Source of the DNA: an uncultured Acidobacteriaceae bacterium
Lineage (GTDB): Bacteria; Acidobacteriota; Terriglobia; Terriglobales; Acidobacteriaceae
DNA length: 64,000 nt
Reading direction: 5' to 3'
Assembly (NCBI GenBank): GCA_963787145.1
Contig: CAWBBY010000039.1
Coordinates: 184,114 to 248,113, forward strand
Position 1 is the first letter of the stretch. Each line of letters starts with the position of its first letter. Of this stretch, positions 20,171 through 29,250 are shown piece after piece. Made by a program: the position numbers and the translations under genes. The notes beneath the pieces were generated by a model. That model did no database searches. It was not told the origin of the DNA and was given only the letters and a program-made list of their open reading frames with translations.

Positions 20171-20791
20171 ATGTCACTAAGCATTGAGCAAATCCGTCAC
20201 ACGGCGGATCGGGTAGCGGCATCGCACGGGCTGGACGTAGTCGAGATCGAATACCTGGGGGGCAGCAAGCAGCGGGTTTTGCGTGTGTTTATCGAGCAAA
20301 ACGCTGAGCAGCGCGCGCGGCGAGCCGAAGAAGCCAATAAGAAGTTGCAAGAAGGGGCTGCGGCGGACGAAGAGCAAAGCCTGCTCGAGCACCTGGGAAG
20401 TGAAGGCATCGCTCTCGATCAGTTGGCTTGGGTAACCCACGAGGATTGCGAACGATTTAGCCGGGACTTCGGCACGGTGATCGACGTTGAGGATCTGGTG
20501 CCGGCCAGCGAATACACCCTGGAAGTCTCCTCCCCGGGGCTAGATCGCAAGCTGGCGACGAGGGCCGATTACGAGCGGTTCCAGGCCAGCCCGGTAAAAG
20601 TCCGGACCTTCACTCCGGTGGAGGGCAACCGGCACTGGCTGGGGAAGCTCACAGAGGTGAAGCCGGAAGGAATTGTGCTCGACCTGACGGCAAAAAAGCA
20701 GAAGGGGAGCAAGAAGGGCCCGCCCCAGGGCAAGACGGTCGAGATTGCCTTTTCCAATATCGAAAAGGCCAATCTGGCACCGGAAATTTAG
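20171..20791 (+). CDS. rimP: ribosome maturation factor RimP
   Basis: 206 aa with LEVSSPGLDRKL, located directly upstream of nusA. Confidence 0.85.
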   Translation: MSLSIEQIRHTADRVAASHGLDVVEIEYLGGSKQRVLRVFIEQNAEQRARRAEEANKKLQEGAAADEEQSLLEHLGSEGIALDQLAWVTHEDCERFSRDFGTVIDVEDLVPASEYTLEVSSPGLDRKLATRADYERFQASPVKVRTFTPVEGNRHWLGKLTEVKPEGIVLDLTAKKQKGSKKGPPQGKTVEIAFSNIEKANLAPEI

Positions 20792-20823
20792 TAGCTTGAG
20801 CGAATAGGTAAAAGAGAGAAATC

Positions 20824-22515
20824 ATGGCGAGTGTTCTTTATCAAAGTATTGAGGCCCTGAGCCGGGACAAGGGAATTGATCCCCAAATTGTAGTTTCCGC
20901 GGTGGAAGACGCGATCGCCCTGGCCACGCGCAAGTACTACAAAACACAGGAGAATATGCGGGCCGAGCTGGACCGGGAATCGGGTGAGATCCGGGCCTAC
21001 GTCTACAAGACGGTGGTCGAGGCTCCCGAACAGCTGGAAGATCCGGTGAACCAGATCACCCTGGACGATGCCCGGGCGTTGGCGCCGGAAGTAGAGACGG
21101 GCGGCGAAATTCGCTACTACAAGCCTACCGACGTGCTGGGGCGCATCGCCGCCCAGATGGCCAAACAGGTCATTTTCCAGAAGGTGCGAGAGGCCGAGCG
21201 GGATACCGTCTACAAGGAATATGCCCACCGTCTGGGCGAAGTGCTGAACGCCACGGTGAAGCGTATCGAATTGCAGGACGTCATCTTCGACCTGGGCAAA
21301 GCCGAAGCCCGGATGCCCAAGCGCGAGCAGTCGCGTCTGGAGCAATTCGCCATTGGGGAACGCGTGCGCGTAGTGCTGCAGCGTGTGGACCGCGCCGCCA
21401 AGGGCCCCCAGGTGATTGTTTCCCGAGCGGTTCCCGAGTTGGTGCAAAGCCTCTTTCAAAGCGAAGTGCCAGAGATTTACGACAATACCGTGGTCATCCG
21501 GGCCATTGCCCGCGAAGCCGGTGAGCGCACCAAGATTGCTGTGCTGTCGCGGGACAAGGATGTGGACCCGGTGGGCGCTTGCGTAGGCATGAAGGGCATG
21601 CGGGTGCAGTCCATCATTCGCGAACTGCGCGGCGAGAAGATCGACATCATCGAGTTCAGCGAGGAGATCACCACCTTTGCCGAGAAGGCTTTGCAGCCGG
21701 CCAAGGTGAGCCGCGTGAGCATCACAGACCTGGGGGAGAAGCAGATCGAAGTCATCGTAGACGACTCGCAGCTCTCGCTGGCCATTGGCAAGAAGGGCCA
21801 GAATGTGCGTTTGGCGGCCAAGTTGCTGGGCTGGAAGATCGACATCAAGAGCGAGGAAGAGAAGCGCCAGGAAGTCGAACAGCAGATGCAGGCGATGAGC
21901 GGCGGCCCTTCGACTCCGATCGAACAAGTTACGGAGTTGGGCGAGCAGATCATCCAAAAGCTGGTGGTCGCCGGCATCACCACGGTCGAGGCACTGGCCG
22001 ACATGACCCCGGAGCAACTGGAAGAGATTCCCGGCATCGGAGAGAAGACGCTGGAGAAGATCAGCCTGGCGGTACGGCACTACTTTGGCGAATACGAACC
22101 CGGCGAAGAGCGTCCCGCCGCGGATACCGCCGCGGAGGGAGCAGTGGCCAAGTCAGACGAAGAAGAAGTAGCCAAGGCCAGGGCGATTGAAGACGCTCAG
22201 GCTAACGAAGAGATTGACGCCCTCACCCTGGATCAGGAGGGGGAGCGGGAATCTCCAGACGACGTGGACGGGTCGGGCCGGATCAGCGACGACGTAGCCC
22301 GGATGCGGATGGAAGAGCTGACGGAATCGGGTCCGGATCTCGACGATATTGGGGGGATTTCGGAAACACCCGGGCGGGAAGATACCAGCGAGGTACTTGC
22401 CAGTCATGTACCGAATTACGAAGTAGCCAGGTCGGAGACCGTGGATGAAGGCAACGTGGAAGAAGCCAGCCAGGAGACCCGCCAGGACGCGAAGGTAGAC
22501 GAAGGTGGAGTGTAA
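20824..22515 (+). CDS. nusA: transcription termination/antitermination factor NusA with an acidic C-terminal extension
   Basis: 563 aa with the S1/KH region motifs (GERVRVVL, VGACVGMKGMRVQ, LAIGKKGQNVRLA), an HhH region and an acidic tail. Confidence 0.95.
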   Translation: MASVLYQSIEALSRDKGIDPQIVVSAVEDAIALATRKYYKTQENMRAELDRESGEIRAYVYKTVVEAPEQLEDPVNQITLDDARALAPEVETGGEIRYYKPTDVLGRIAAQMAKQVIFQKVREAERDTVYKEYAHRLGEVLNATVKRIELQDVIFDLGKAEARMPKREQSRLEQFAIGERVRVVLQRVDRAAKGPQVIVSRAVPELVQSLFQSEVPEIYDNTVVIRAIAREAGERTKIAVLSRDKDVDPVGACVGMKGMRVQSIIRELRGEKIDIIEFSEEITTFAEKALQPAKVSRVSITDLGEKQIEVIVDDSQLSLAIGKKGQNVRLAAKLLGWKIDIKSEEEKRQEVEQQMQAMSGGPSTPIEQVTELGEQIIQKLVVAGITTVEALADMTPEQLEEIPGIGEKTLEKISLAVRHYFGEYEPGEERPAADTAAEGAVAKSDEEEVAKARAIEDAQANEEIDALTLDQEGERESPDDVDGSGRISDDVARMRMEELTESGPDLDDIGGISETPGREDTSEVLASHVPNYEVARSETVDEGNVEEASQETRQDAKVDEGGV

Positions 22516-22647
22516 ATTGAGCGCTTCCGCGTGGTTGAGTGGCGCACATTCCACGTTTTCAGAGGATAATAATAATACCTGTCATTCCCACAGTCGTGAG
22601 GTTGCGATGAGAGTCTGAACGGCAGCGGGTTTGACACAAAGGGACGG

Positions 22648-25600
22648 ATGAGCAAAGTTCGGATTAACGATTTAGCACGCGAGCTCGAAGTAAAGAGCAG
22701 GGCGATCCTTGATGCCTTGACGGCCGTCGGTGTGACTGAGAAAAAGACACACTCCAGCTCGTTGGAAGGCGATGAAGCAGAACGGGTACGTCAGCACTTT
22801 CAACGGAGTGGGAAGAACGGCGCCGGGGCCGCGAAGGTAGACAGCGAGCCAAAGCAGAAGATCGACTGGTCGCGAGTCTCCAAGCCGGGCGACGTGCTCA
22901 AGGCAATCCAGCAGAGAAAAGATGAAGCTGCGGCCGTAGCCCAGCGGCCTCCCGTTCCCCCGCCGGCCCCGCCCCAGGCAGCCAGGCCCTCCGCTCCGGC
23001 CCATCCGGTCGCCTCAGCCCCTGTGGGGCCCGGCCCGGCGTCTCACGTGGCGCCGCCATCCGCGGGTATTCCTCGTCCTTCTGCGCCCAGCCAGGGAGCT
23101 AATCTTTCGCCAGCCGGCAGTGCACCCAGTCAACCGCCTCCTTCTTATGCGGCTGCCTCGGGCCAAGGTTCGCCCGGTCAGGCCCGGCCTAACCTTGGTG
23201 GGCTAGGACAACGTCCGCCGGCCCCGCCGCCGCCTGCTCCGCGAAGGATTGTTCCCCAACCGCGCCAGGAACCGCGGATCGTAGTAGCCGCTCCGCCGAG
23301 CGCTCCAGCAATCGCAGCCAAGCCGCCCGCTGGGCCGGTCGTGGCCAGGCCTCCGGCTGCAGGCGTGGAAGTGCGTCCGCCGGCAGCCGCGCCGGGTATA
23401 GCCAAGCCACCCGTCACGGGCACAGCACCGGGCACAGAGGTTCGCCCACCTGTAGCTCATGCGGGCGCAGTGGCTGTCCCGCCGGTGCAGCCCAAGCCGC
23501 AAACGCCTCCGCCCGCGTCGACTCAGGCCGCGAGTGCTCCCGAGATGACAGCCGCGGCTAGCGCGCAGGTTTCCGATTCGATCGACTCGGTAAGTCCGTC
23601 ACCGGATATCTCGGCCCCAACTCCGCCTCCGCCGCCACGACGCGTGATCATGCCGCAAACGGGTCCCCGCCCGGTGTATCTCGCGCCGCCTCCGCCGCCA
23701 GTGGCCCAGGCAGCACCGCCCTCCAGCGCCCCGCAGCCCCCAGGGGCCTCCATTCAGCGGGGACGGCCCATCTTTGATCGTGGCCGGCCAGGCGGTGGAC
23801 CCGGATCAGGTGGACCCGGCGCCGGTGGATCAGGATATGCACCGCGCCCCCAGGATGGTCCTGGCGGCGCACGCCGGCCGATGCATCCCACACGGACCAG
23901 CCCCGGTGGCCCTCCCGGCCCCGGAGGACGGCCCGCCTTTGGCGCGGCGCGGCCTGGTTTTGGTGCGCGCCCCGGCTTCGGTGCGCCTCGCCCCGGCGCA
24001 GGTGGTGCCGGCGGTCTAACCCCGCCTCCAGGGGAGGCTCCTCGTCCCCAGAGGGCGGCTCCGCAACAACGGCGCGGACGCCAGCAGTATCCCAAGACCA
24101 AGGAAGGCCCAATGAAGGGCTTTGCGCCCCCGCCTCGTTTTGGCGGAGCGCAGATCCCCCAGGAGCCCGTGCCCATCACCCGTACCATCACGGTGACAGA
24201 AGGCATCAGCGTAAAGGATCTGGCGGAAAAACTGGGAGTACGCGGCAAAGACCTGATCGCTTCGCTGCTCATGCGCGGCGTTTTTGTCACCGTCAACCAA
24301 TCGCTCGACGCTGAGCTGGTGAAGGATGTGGCCGCCCAGTTCGGGGCCGACACCCAGGTCATCACTTTCGAAGACGAGATGGCGAACGAGGCCCTCGAAA
24401 ACCTCATGAAGGATGAGGATGTCAGCGAGATTGAAGTGACGCGGCCACCCGTGGTCACCGTCATGGGCCACGTCGATCATGGCAAGACCTCGCTGCTGGA
24501 CGCCATCCGCGAGACTGATGTGGCTTCCGGTGAGGCCGGCGGTATCACGCAGCACATCGGTGCGTACAAGGTGCGCATCGCCAAGAAGGACTCGCCTGCA
24601 TTTGGGCGCGAGATCGTCTTCCTCGATACCCCGGGCCATGAGGCCTTCACCCGCATGCGCGCACGCGGCGCCAAGGTCACTGACATCGTCGTGATCGTGG
24701 TGGCGGCCGATGATGGAGTCATGCCGCAGACGCTGGAAGCGGTCGACCATGCCAAGGCGGCAAATGTACCCATCATTGTTGCTGTGAACAAAATCGACAA
24801 GCCAGACGCGCAGCCGGATCGCGTGAAGCAGCAATTGGGCGATCGCGGGCTGGTGCCCGAAGCGTGGGGAGGCTCCACGGTATTCGTGGACGTCTCGGCG
24901 AAGAAGAAGCAGAACCTCGATCTGCTGCTGGAAATGATCTGCCTGGTCGCTGACCTTGGCAACTTGAAGGCCAGTCCCGATCGTCCGGCGGTAGGCACCG
25001 TGATCGAAGCCAAACTCGACCGCGGACGCGGCGCCGTAGCCACCGTGCTGGTGCAGAACGGTACCTTGCGCGCGGGCGACAGCTTCATCATGGGGAATAC
25101 CTTCGGTAAGGTGCGCGCCATGTTTGACGACCGCGGCCGCGCCACCCAGGAAGCCGTGCCCTCGACCCCGGTGGAAATTCTGGGGTTGGAAGGCATGCCG
25201 GATGCGGGCGACACGGTCCTTGTCGTTGCCGACCGCGATAAAGCCAAGGGCATCGCGCAATATCGCAAGATGAAGGAGCGCGAGTCGCAGCTGGCGAAGT
25301 CTTCGCGGGTTTCGTTGGAAGGTCTGGCGGAGCAGATCAAGCAGGCTGGGGTTAAGGAACTGCCACTGATCCTTAAGGGAGACGTGACCGGATCGGTCGA
25401 AGTACTGGCCGACTCGCTGCAGAAGATGTCGACCGAGAAGGTACGCATCAAGGTCCTTCACACCGGCGTAGGTGCGATCACGGAAAGCGACATTCTGCTG
25501 GCATCCGCTTCGAACGCAATTGTCATCGGCTTCAACGTGCGCCCGGAGCGCAAGGCGGCCGATCTGGCGGAGCAGGATGGAGTCGAGATCCGGCTGCACT

Positions 25601-25974
25601 CGATCATTTACGAGTTGCAGGACGAGATCAAGAGGGCCATGCTGGGCTTGCTCGAGCCGACGATCAAGGAAAACTACGTAGGCCGTGCGCAGGTGCTCAA
25701 CATCTTCAGGATCCCCAAGGTGGGTACGATTGCCGGTTGCCGCGTGGTCGACGGCTCCATCAAGCGCGATGCGGAGATTCGCCTCATGCGCGATGGAGAA
25801 CAGGTCTTCAAGGGCAAGCTCTCCTCGCTGAAGCGCTTCAAGGACGATGCGCGCGAGGTGACCAACGGCATGGAGTGTGGCATGGGTATTGCCAACTTCA
25901 ATGACGTCCAGGTGGGCGATACCGTTGAGGCCTTCGTGACCGAGCGTGTAGCCGCCGAGTTGACTGCTCAGTAG
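22648..25974 (+). CDS. infB: translation initiation factor IF-2 with a long Pro/Ala-rich N-terminal region
   Basis: 1108 aa with the GTPase motifs (GHVDHGKTSLLD, DTPGHEAF, NKID) and a conserved C-terminal domain. Confidence 0.97.
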   Translation: MSKVRINDLARELEVKSRAILDALTAVGVTEKKTHSSSLEGDEAERVRQHFQRSGKNGAGAAKVDSEPKQKIDWSRVSKPGDVLKAIQQRKDEAAAVAQRPPVPPPAPPQAARPSAPAHPVASAPVGPGPASHVAPPSAGIPRPSAPSQGANLSPAGSAPSQPPPSYAAASGQGSPGQARPNLGGLGQRPPAPPPPAPRRIVPQPRQEPRIVVAAPPSAPAIAAKPPAGPVVARPPAAGVEVRPPAAAPGIAKPPVTGTAPGTEVRPPVAHAGAVAVPPVQPKPQTPPPASTQAASAPEMTAAASAQVSDSIDSVSPSPDISAPTPPPPPRRVIMPQTGPRPVYLAPPPPPVAQAAPPSSAPQPPGASIQRGRPIFDRGRPGGGPGSGGPGAGGSGYAPRPQDGPGGARRPMHPTRTSPGGPPGPGGRPAFGAARPGFGARPGFGAPRPGAGGAGGLTPPPGEAPRPQRAAPQQRRGRQQYPKTKEGPMKGFAPPPRFGGAQIPQEPVPITRTITVTEGISVKDLAEKLGVRGKDLIASLLMRGVFVTVNQSLDAELVKDVAAQFGADTQVITFEDEMANEALENLMKDEDVSEIEVTRPPVVTVMGHVDHGKTSLLDAIRETDVASGEAGGITQHIGAYKVRIAKKDSPAFGREIVFLDTPGHEAFTRMRARGAKVTDIVVIVVAADDGVMPQTLEAVDHAKAANVPIIVAVNKIDKPDAQPDRVKQQLGDRGLVPEAWGGSTVFVDVSAKKKQNLDLLLEMICLVADLGNLKASPDRPAVGTVIEAKLDRGRGAVATVLVQNGTLRAGDSFIMGNTFGKVRAMFDDRGRATQEAVPSTPVEILGLEGMPDAGDTVLVVADRDKAKGIAQYRKMKERESQLAKSSRVSLEGLAEQIKQAGVKELPLILKGDVTGSVEVLADSLQKMSTEKVRIKVLHTGVGAITESDILLASASNAIVIGFNVRPERKAADLAEQDGVEIRLHSIIYELQDEIKRAMLGLLEPTIKENYVGRAQVLNIFRIPKVGTIAGCRVVDGSIKRDAEIRLMRDGEQVFKGKLSSLKRFKDDAREVTNGMECGMGIANFNDVQVGDTVEAFVTERVAAELTAQ

Positions 25975-25982
25975 CGCCCGGC

Positions 25983-27152
25983 ATGGACCTGGAACAGATC
26001 CAGAAGGCGCTGCGCGAGCAGCAGGTGGATGGCTGGCTCTTCTACGACCATCATCACCGCGACCCGATCGCCTATCGCATTCTCGGTCTGAGCGAGTCGC
26101 TGCACGTTTCGCGGCGTTGGTATTACCTCATTCCAGCCGAGGGCGAACCGCGTAAGCTGACGCACCGGGTGGAGCGGGGCAAGCTGGAGTCACTGCCCGG
26201 CAGCGGCCAGGCCTATTCGTCGTGGCAGGAGCTGGAAGCTGCTTTGCGGGCGATGCTCGAGCCATACACCCGGCTGGCCATGCAGTACTCGCCGCGCAAC
26301 GCCATCATGTACGTGTCGCTGGTGGATGCGGGAACGATAGAGTTGCTGCGCGAGCTGGGCAAGACCATCGTCAGCTCCGCCGACCTGGTGAGCCGTTTCG
26401 AGGCGGTGCTGACAGCGGAGCAGATCGCCAGTCATTACCAGGCCCAGCAAGCCATTGATGAGGTTCTCCGTGCCGCCTGGAAGCATATGGCTGCGCGTCT
26501 TAACAGCGGCGCTCCCCTGACTGAATACGAAATGATGGGCTGGCTGCAGGAAGCTATGCGGCGTGCAGGCATCGCCGATGGCTATGGGCCGAATGTCTCG
26601 GTGAATGAGAACAGCTCCGACTCACATTACGAGCCGACCGCTGCGAACTCCAGGCAGATCAAGCAAGGCGATTTCGTCCTCATCGATATTTGGGGACGCA
26701 TGGACCGCCCAGAGACCTGCACCTATGACATCACCTGGACCGGCGTAGTTGGCCGCGAGCCGAGCGATCGCGAACGGCAGGTCTTCTCCCTGGTCGCGCA
26801 GGCGCGGGATGCGGCCATCAAGACTGTGCAGGACGCGTTCGCTGCCGCCCGGCCGATTGCGGGATGGCAGGCCGACGACGCGGCCCGCACCGTGATTCGC
26901 AGCGCCGGCTTCGGAGAATACTTTACCCACCGGACCGGGCACAGCATCTCGACCGAAACCCATGGTAATGGAGCAAATCTGGACAATCTCGAAACTCACG
27001 ACGAGCGTCTGATTCTGCCCTACACCTGCTTCTCCGTAGAACCCGGCATCTACCTGCCGGAATTCGGAGTACGCAGCGAAGTGAATATGTTGACCGAGCC
27101 AGGCCGGGCTGTAGTCACGGGGCCGATACAAACCGAACTCGTGCGGATCTGA
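25983..27152 (+). CDS. M24-family metallopeptidase (Xaa-Pro aminopeptidase-like)
   Basis: 389 aa with HRTGHSIS, VEPGIY and the DITWTG pita-bread fold metal-ligand region. Confidence 0.8.
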   Translation: MDLEQIQKALREQQVDGWLFYDHHHRDPIAYRILGLSESLHVSRRWYYLIPAEGEPRKLTHRVERGKLESLPGSGQAYSSWQELEAALRAMLEPYTRLAMQYSPRNAIMYVSLVDAGTIELLRELGKTIVSSADLVSRFEAVLTAEQIASHYQAQQAIDEVLRAAWKHMAARLNSGAPLTEYEMMGWLQEAMRRAGIADGYGPNVSVNENSSDSHYEPTAANSRQIKQGDFVLIDIWGRMDRPETCTYDITWTGVVGREPSDRERQVFSLVAQARDAAIKTVQDAFAAARPIAGWQADDAARTVIRSAGFGEYFTHRTGHSISTETHGNGANLDNLETHDERLILPYTCFSVEPGIYLPEFGVRSEVNMLTEPGRAVVTGPIQTELVRI

Positions 27153-27155
27153 GGA

Positions 27156-27458
27156 GCAGGTCCCTCCACTTACGCTTCGCTCCGGTCGCGATGACAAGGG
27201 GAGAGGGTAGCTTCCGTCTGGATTCGCTGCCGGTGGAAAGAACTGCAGGTCCCTCGGCTATGCTCGGGATGACAAAGGGTGGGTAGTGCTTCCATGGGTA
27301 ATTGGCTAGTGGCTGAAATAATCGCGGGTTGGCTGCTGGCTGCGCCGCATTTCACCATCCGCGAATAGCCCGCGACTCTCTCCATCCCTCGGTAATGGCT
27401 GCTATGGTGAGCGCTGCTCTCCCCTTTGTCATCCCGAGCGCAGCCGAGGGATCTGCAG
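27156..27458. repeat. cluster of three Family-A repeat units in a convergent intergenic spacer
   Basis: Units at 27156-27197 (gcaggtccctccacttacgcttcgctccggtcgcgatgacaa), 27243-27283 (ctgcaggtccctcggctatgctcgggatgacaaagggtggg) and, inverted, 27421-27458 (cccctttgtcatcccgagcgcagccgagggatctgcag). Confidence 0.85.
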
Positions 27459-27488
27459 TTTCACTTAACCTACAATCAATTTCCGGTC

Positions 27489-27671
27489 CTAGTGGCGGAT
27501 GAAATACATGAGCCAGCTGGCTACGATCACGGCTCCCAGAAACAGCGCAAAGCAATAAGCTCCGTAACGAACCATGGCCTTGGGCGTGCTCCGCTGCGTG
27601 ATGCCGAAAATGATCGAGGCGAAAGCGGCAAAGAGAATGACCGTCGTGAAATGAGAAGGCGTGATGCTCAT
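27489..27671 (-). CDS. small hydrophobic membrane protein (2 predicted helices)
   Basis: 60 aa, strongly hydrophobic. Its start overlaps the upstream gene stop (ATGA at 27668-27671). Confidence 0.5.
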   Translation of the reverse strand: MSITPSHFTTVILFAAFASIIFGITQRSTPKAMVRYGAYCFALFLGAVIVASWLMYFIRH

Positions 27672-28084
27672 GGCTTTCTCCCCACGGCGATACTGTGTGC
27701 GTCCACAGCAGAGATCAGGTTCAACAATCCCGCGACCACGACAAACTTTGCCCCGTAATCGGCCGTGACCACTTGCACTGGCGCTTGCCCTAGTCCAAGG
27801 CCATGGCCAATCAAATAGAGCAGGCCCGCTCCGAGATCACCCAGAAAACCCAGCATGTCCAGAAGGTCGGCGGTATTGGGCGCATAGAGCCTGGCGCCCA
27901 TCATGATGCCCAGCACAAACATGCAGCTGATCGATGCCAGGACCAGAAGCCCACGACCCCAACGTTTGAGCATAAGGTGCCCGGCCCCGGGAATAAGCCA
28001 GCCCGCAATCAGTGCCATATATCCCAACCGGCTCGCCTTTGCGTCTGCCGATTTTTTTACCCCGTCTGCTCTTTGCGCCATCAC
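27668..28084 (-). CDS. hypothetical integral membrane protein
   Basis: 138 aa with 3-4 hydrophobic helices (GWLIPGAGHLMLKRW...). Coupled to the downstream small ORF. Confidence 0.6.
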   Translation of the reverse strand: MMAQRADGVKKSADAKASRLGYMALIAGWLIPGAGHLMLKRWGRGLLVLASISCMFVLGIMMGARLYAPNTADLLDMLGFLGDLGAGLLYLIGHGLGLGQAPVQVVTADYGAKFVVVAGLLNLISAVDAHSIAVGRKP

Positions 28085-28125
28085 TCAAGAATACACAAGG
28101 AGCGGTGGTTCAGGGGATGTTCCAG

Positions 28126-29229
28126 TTATGTTCGGGCTCTCGGGCGGCGGTCCCAAACCATGGCGTCAAAGGTCTGGCGGGTGACGAATCCGCTACGGTG
28201 ATAGAGCGCAACAGCCTCGGAATTTTGCCGTGTGACGGTGAGCGTGAGCGCCTGAAAACCGGATCTGCGCAGCGCGCGCGAGCAGTCGGCCAAAAGCCAT
28301 GCGCCCAGTCCGCGGCGGCGATACTGCTGGCTGACGCAGATCTGCGTCACGTGGCCCACGTCTTCCCGCACGCGGGAGCAAAGCAGCAGAGCGGCAATCT
28401 CTTCGCGATCCCGGTAAGCGAGGACGCGCGAGGCGGAAGCGTCGAAGATTCCGCACCCTGGGAAACGGACGATGTTGTGCAGAAATCGCAGAGAGCCGGA
28501 GACGGAGCGGTACTGATCGTTGATGATGCCGTCCAGATGGCCCTCGTAGGCGTGTGCAATCAGGTGGCCGGCGGCGGCAAAATCACTGTCTCGCCACGGG
28601 CGCAATTCCAACTCATCCAAGACTCCGTCGGGGCCGCTATCGGGCGGCCCTTCGAGCAGCCTTGCAGAACTGAGTTCGAGTTCCATAAATAGTCGTTCGT
28701 AAATCTGGAATCCGGCATTGCGCAGGGTTTCTGCATGGGTGCCGTGAGGACGCAGCAACAGTTGCGATTCGATGCGCTCGACCCCCGGAGAATGTTGCAG
28801 CAACTCGATCATATGTTCGAGCAGATAGCGCTCGACATCCTCAGTCGACTGGGGATTGGTCGCGGACAGCATGGCAAAAACGTCGCCCACCAGGGCCTTT
28901 TCGTTCTCGTAAACACAAAAGACGTAACCGCAGATACGGCCGTTCTCGATGGCAACGTAGCCGGGCAGAAGGCGGGAGTCGAGGTATTGCAGCAGCAGGT
29001 TGGCCGACGCCTGAAAATCCCAACGCAGGCGCTCGTTCCAGACACGGCTTTCCGCCTCCAGCACCGGCTTGAGATTCCCGGCAGAGAAGTGGCGCAAATC
29101 AAGAATCTCCAGGTGTAGGGCGGGTGTCATTCCGCTGTGCTGCCCATAATCCAAGCCTTTCGCCGCGACCCGCTGCCCTCGGCGTTTGAACAGGAGTGTA
29201 CGGCACAAGGCCATCCCGTGGAAACCCAC
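28126..29229 (-). CDS. GNAT-family N-acetyltransferase (tandem GNAT-like domains)
   Basis: Acetyl-CoA-binding motif QQYRRRGLGAWLL...ALYHRSGF in the C-terminal half. An alternative start exists at ATG 29130. Confidence 0.75.
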   Translation of the reverse strand: MGFHGMALCRTLLFKRRGQRVAAKGLDYGQHSGMTPALHLEILDLRHFSAGNLKPVLEAESRVWNERLRWDFQASANLLLQYLDSRLLPGYVAIENGRICGYVFCVYENEKALVGDVFAMLSATNPQSTEDVERYLLEHMIELLQHSPGVERIESQLLLRPHGTHAETLRNAGFQIYERLFMELELSSARLLEGPPDSGPDGVLDELELRPWRDSDFAAAGHLIAHAYEGHLDGIINDQYRSVSGSLRFLHNIVRFPGCGIFDASASRVLAYRDREEIAALLLCSRVREDVGHVTQICVSQQYRRRGLGAWLLADCSRALRRSGFQALTLTVTRQNSEAVALYHRSGFVTRQTFDAMVWDRRPRART

Positions 29230-29250
29230 ACCGTTGTAAGCCGGCGGTAT

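Noticed and set aside
20788-22080. Long antisense ORFs opposite well-supported genes. Examples: 20788-22080 vs nusA, 24016-25599 vs infB, 12841-14394 vs CocE/NonD, 46803-47783 vs UDP-xylose synthase, 38959-39819 vs GT2, 31625-32731 vs nrnA/rbfA.
   Set aside because: These are typical shadow ORFs of high-GC coding regions. Their translations are Arg/Gly/His-rich and low in complexity with no motifs, while the opposite strand encodes proteins with clear family signatures.
22516-22647. nusA-infB spacer examined for a ylxR/DUF448-type small ORF or a regulatory RNA
   Set aside because: No ORF of useful length and no recognisable structure. There is only an AT-rich patch (ggataataataatacc).
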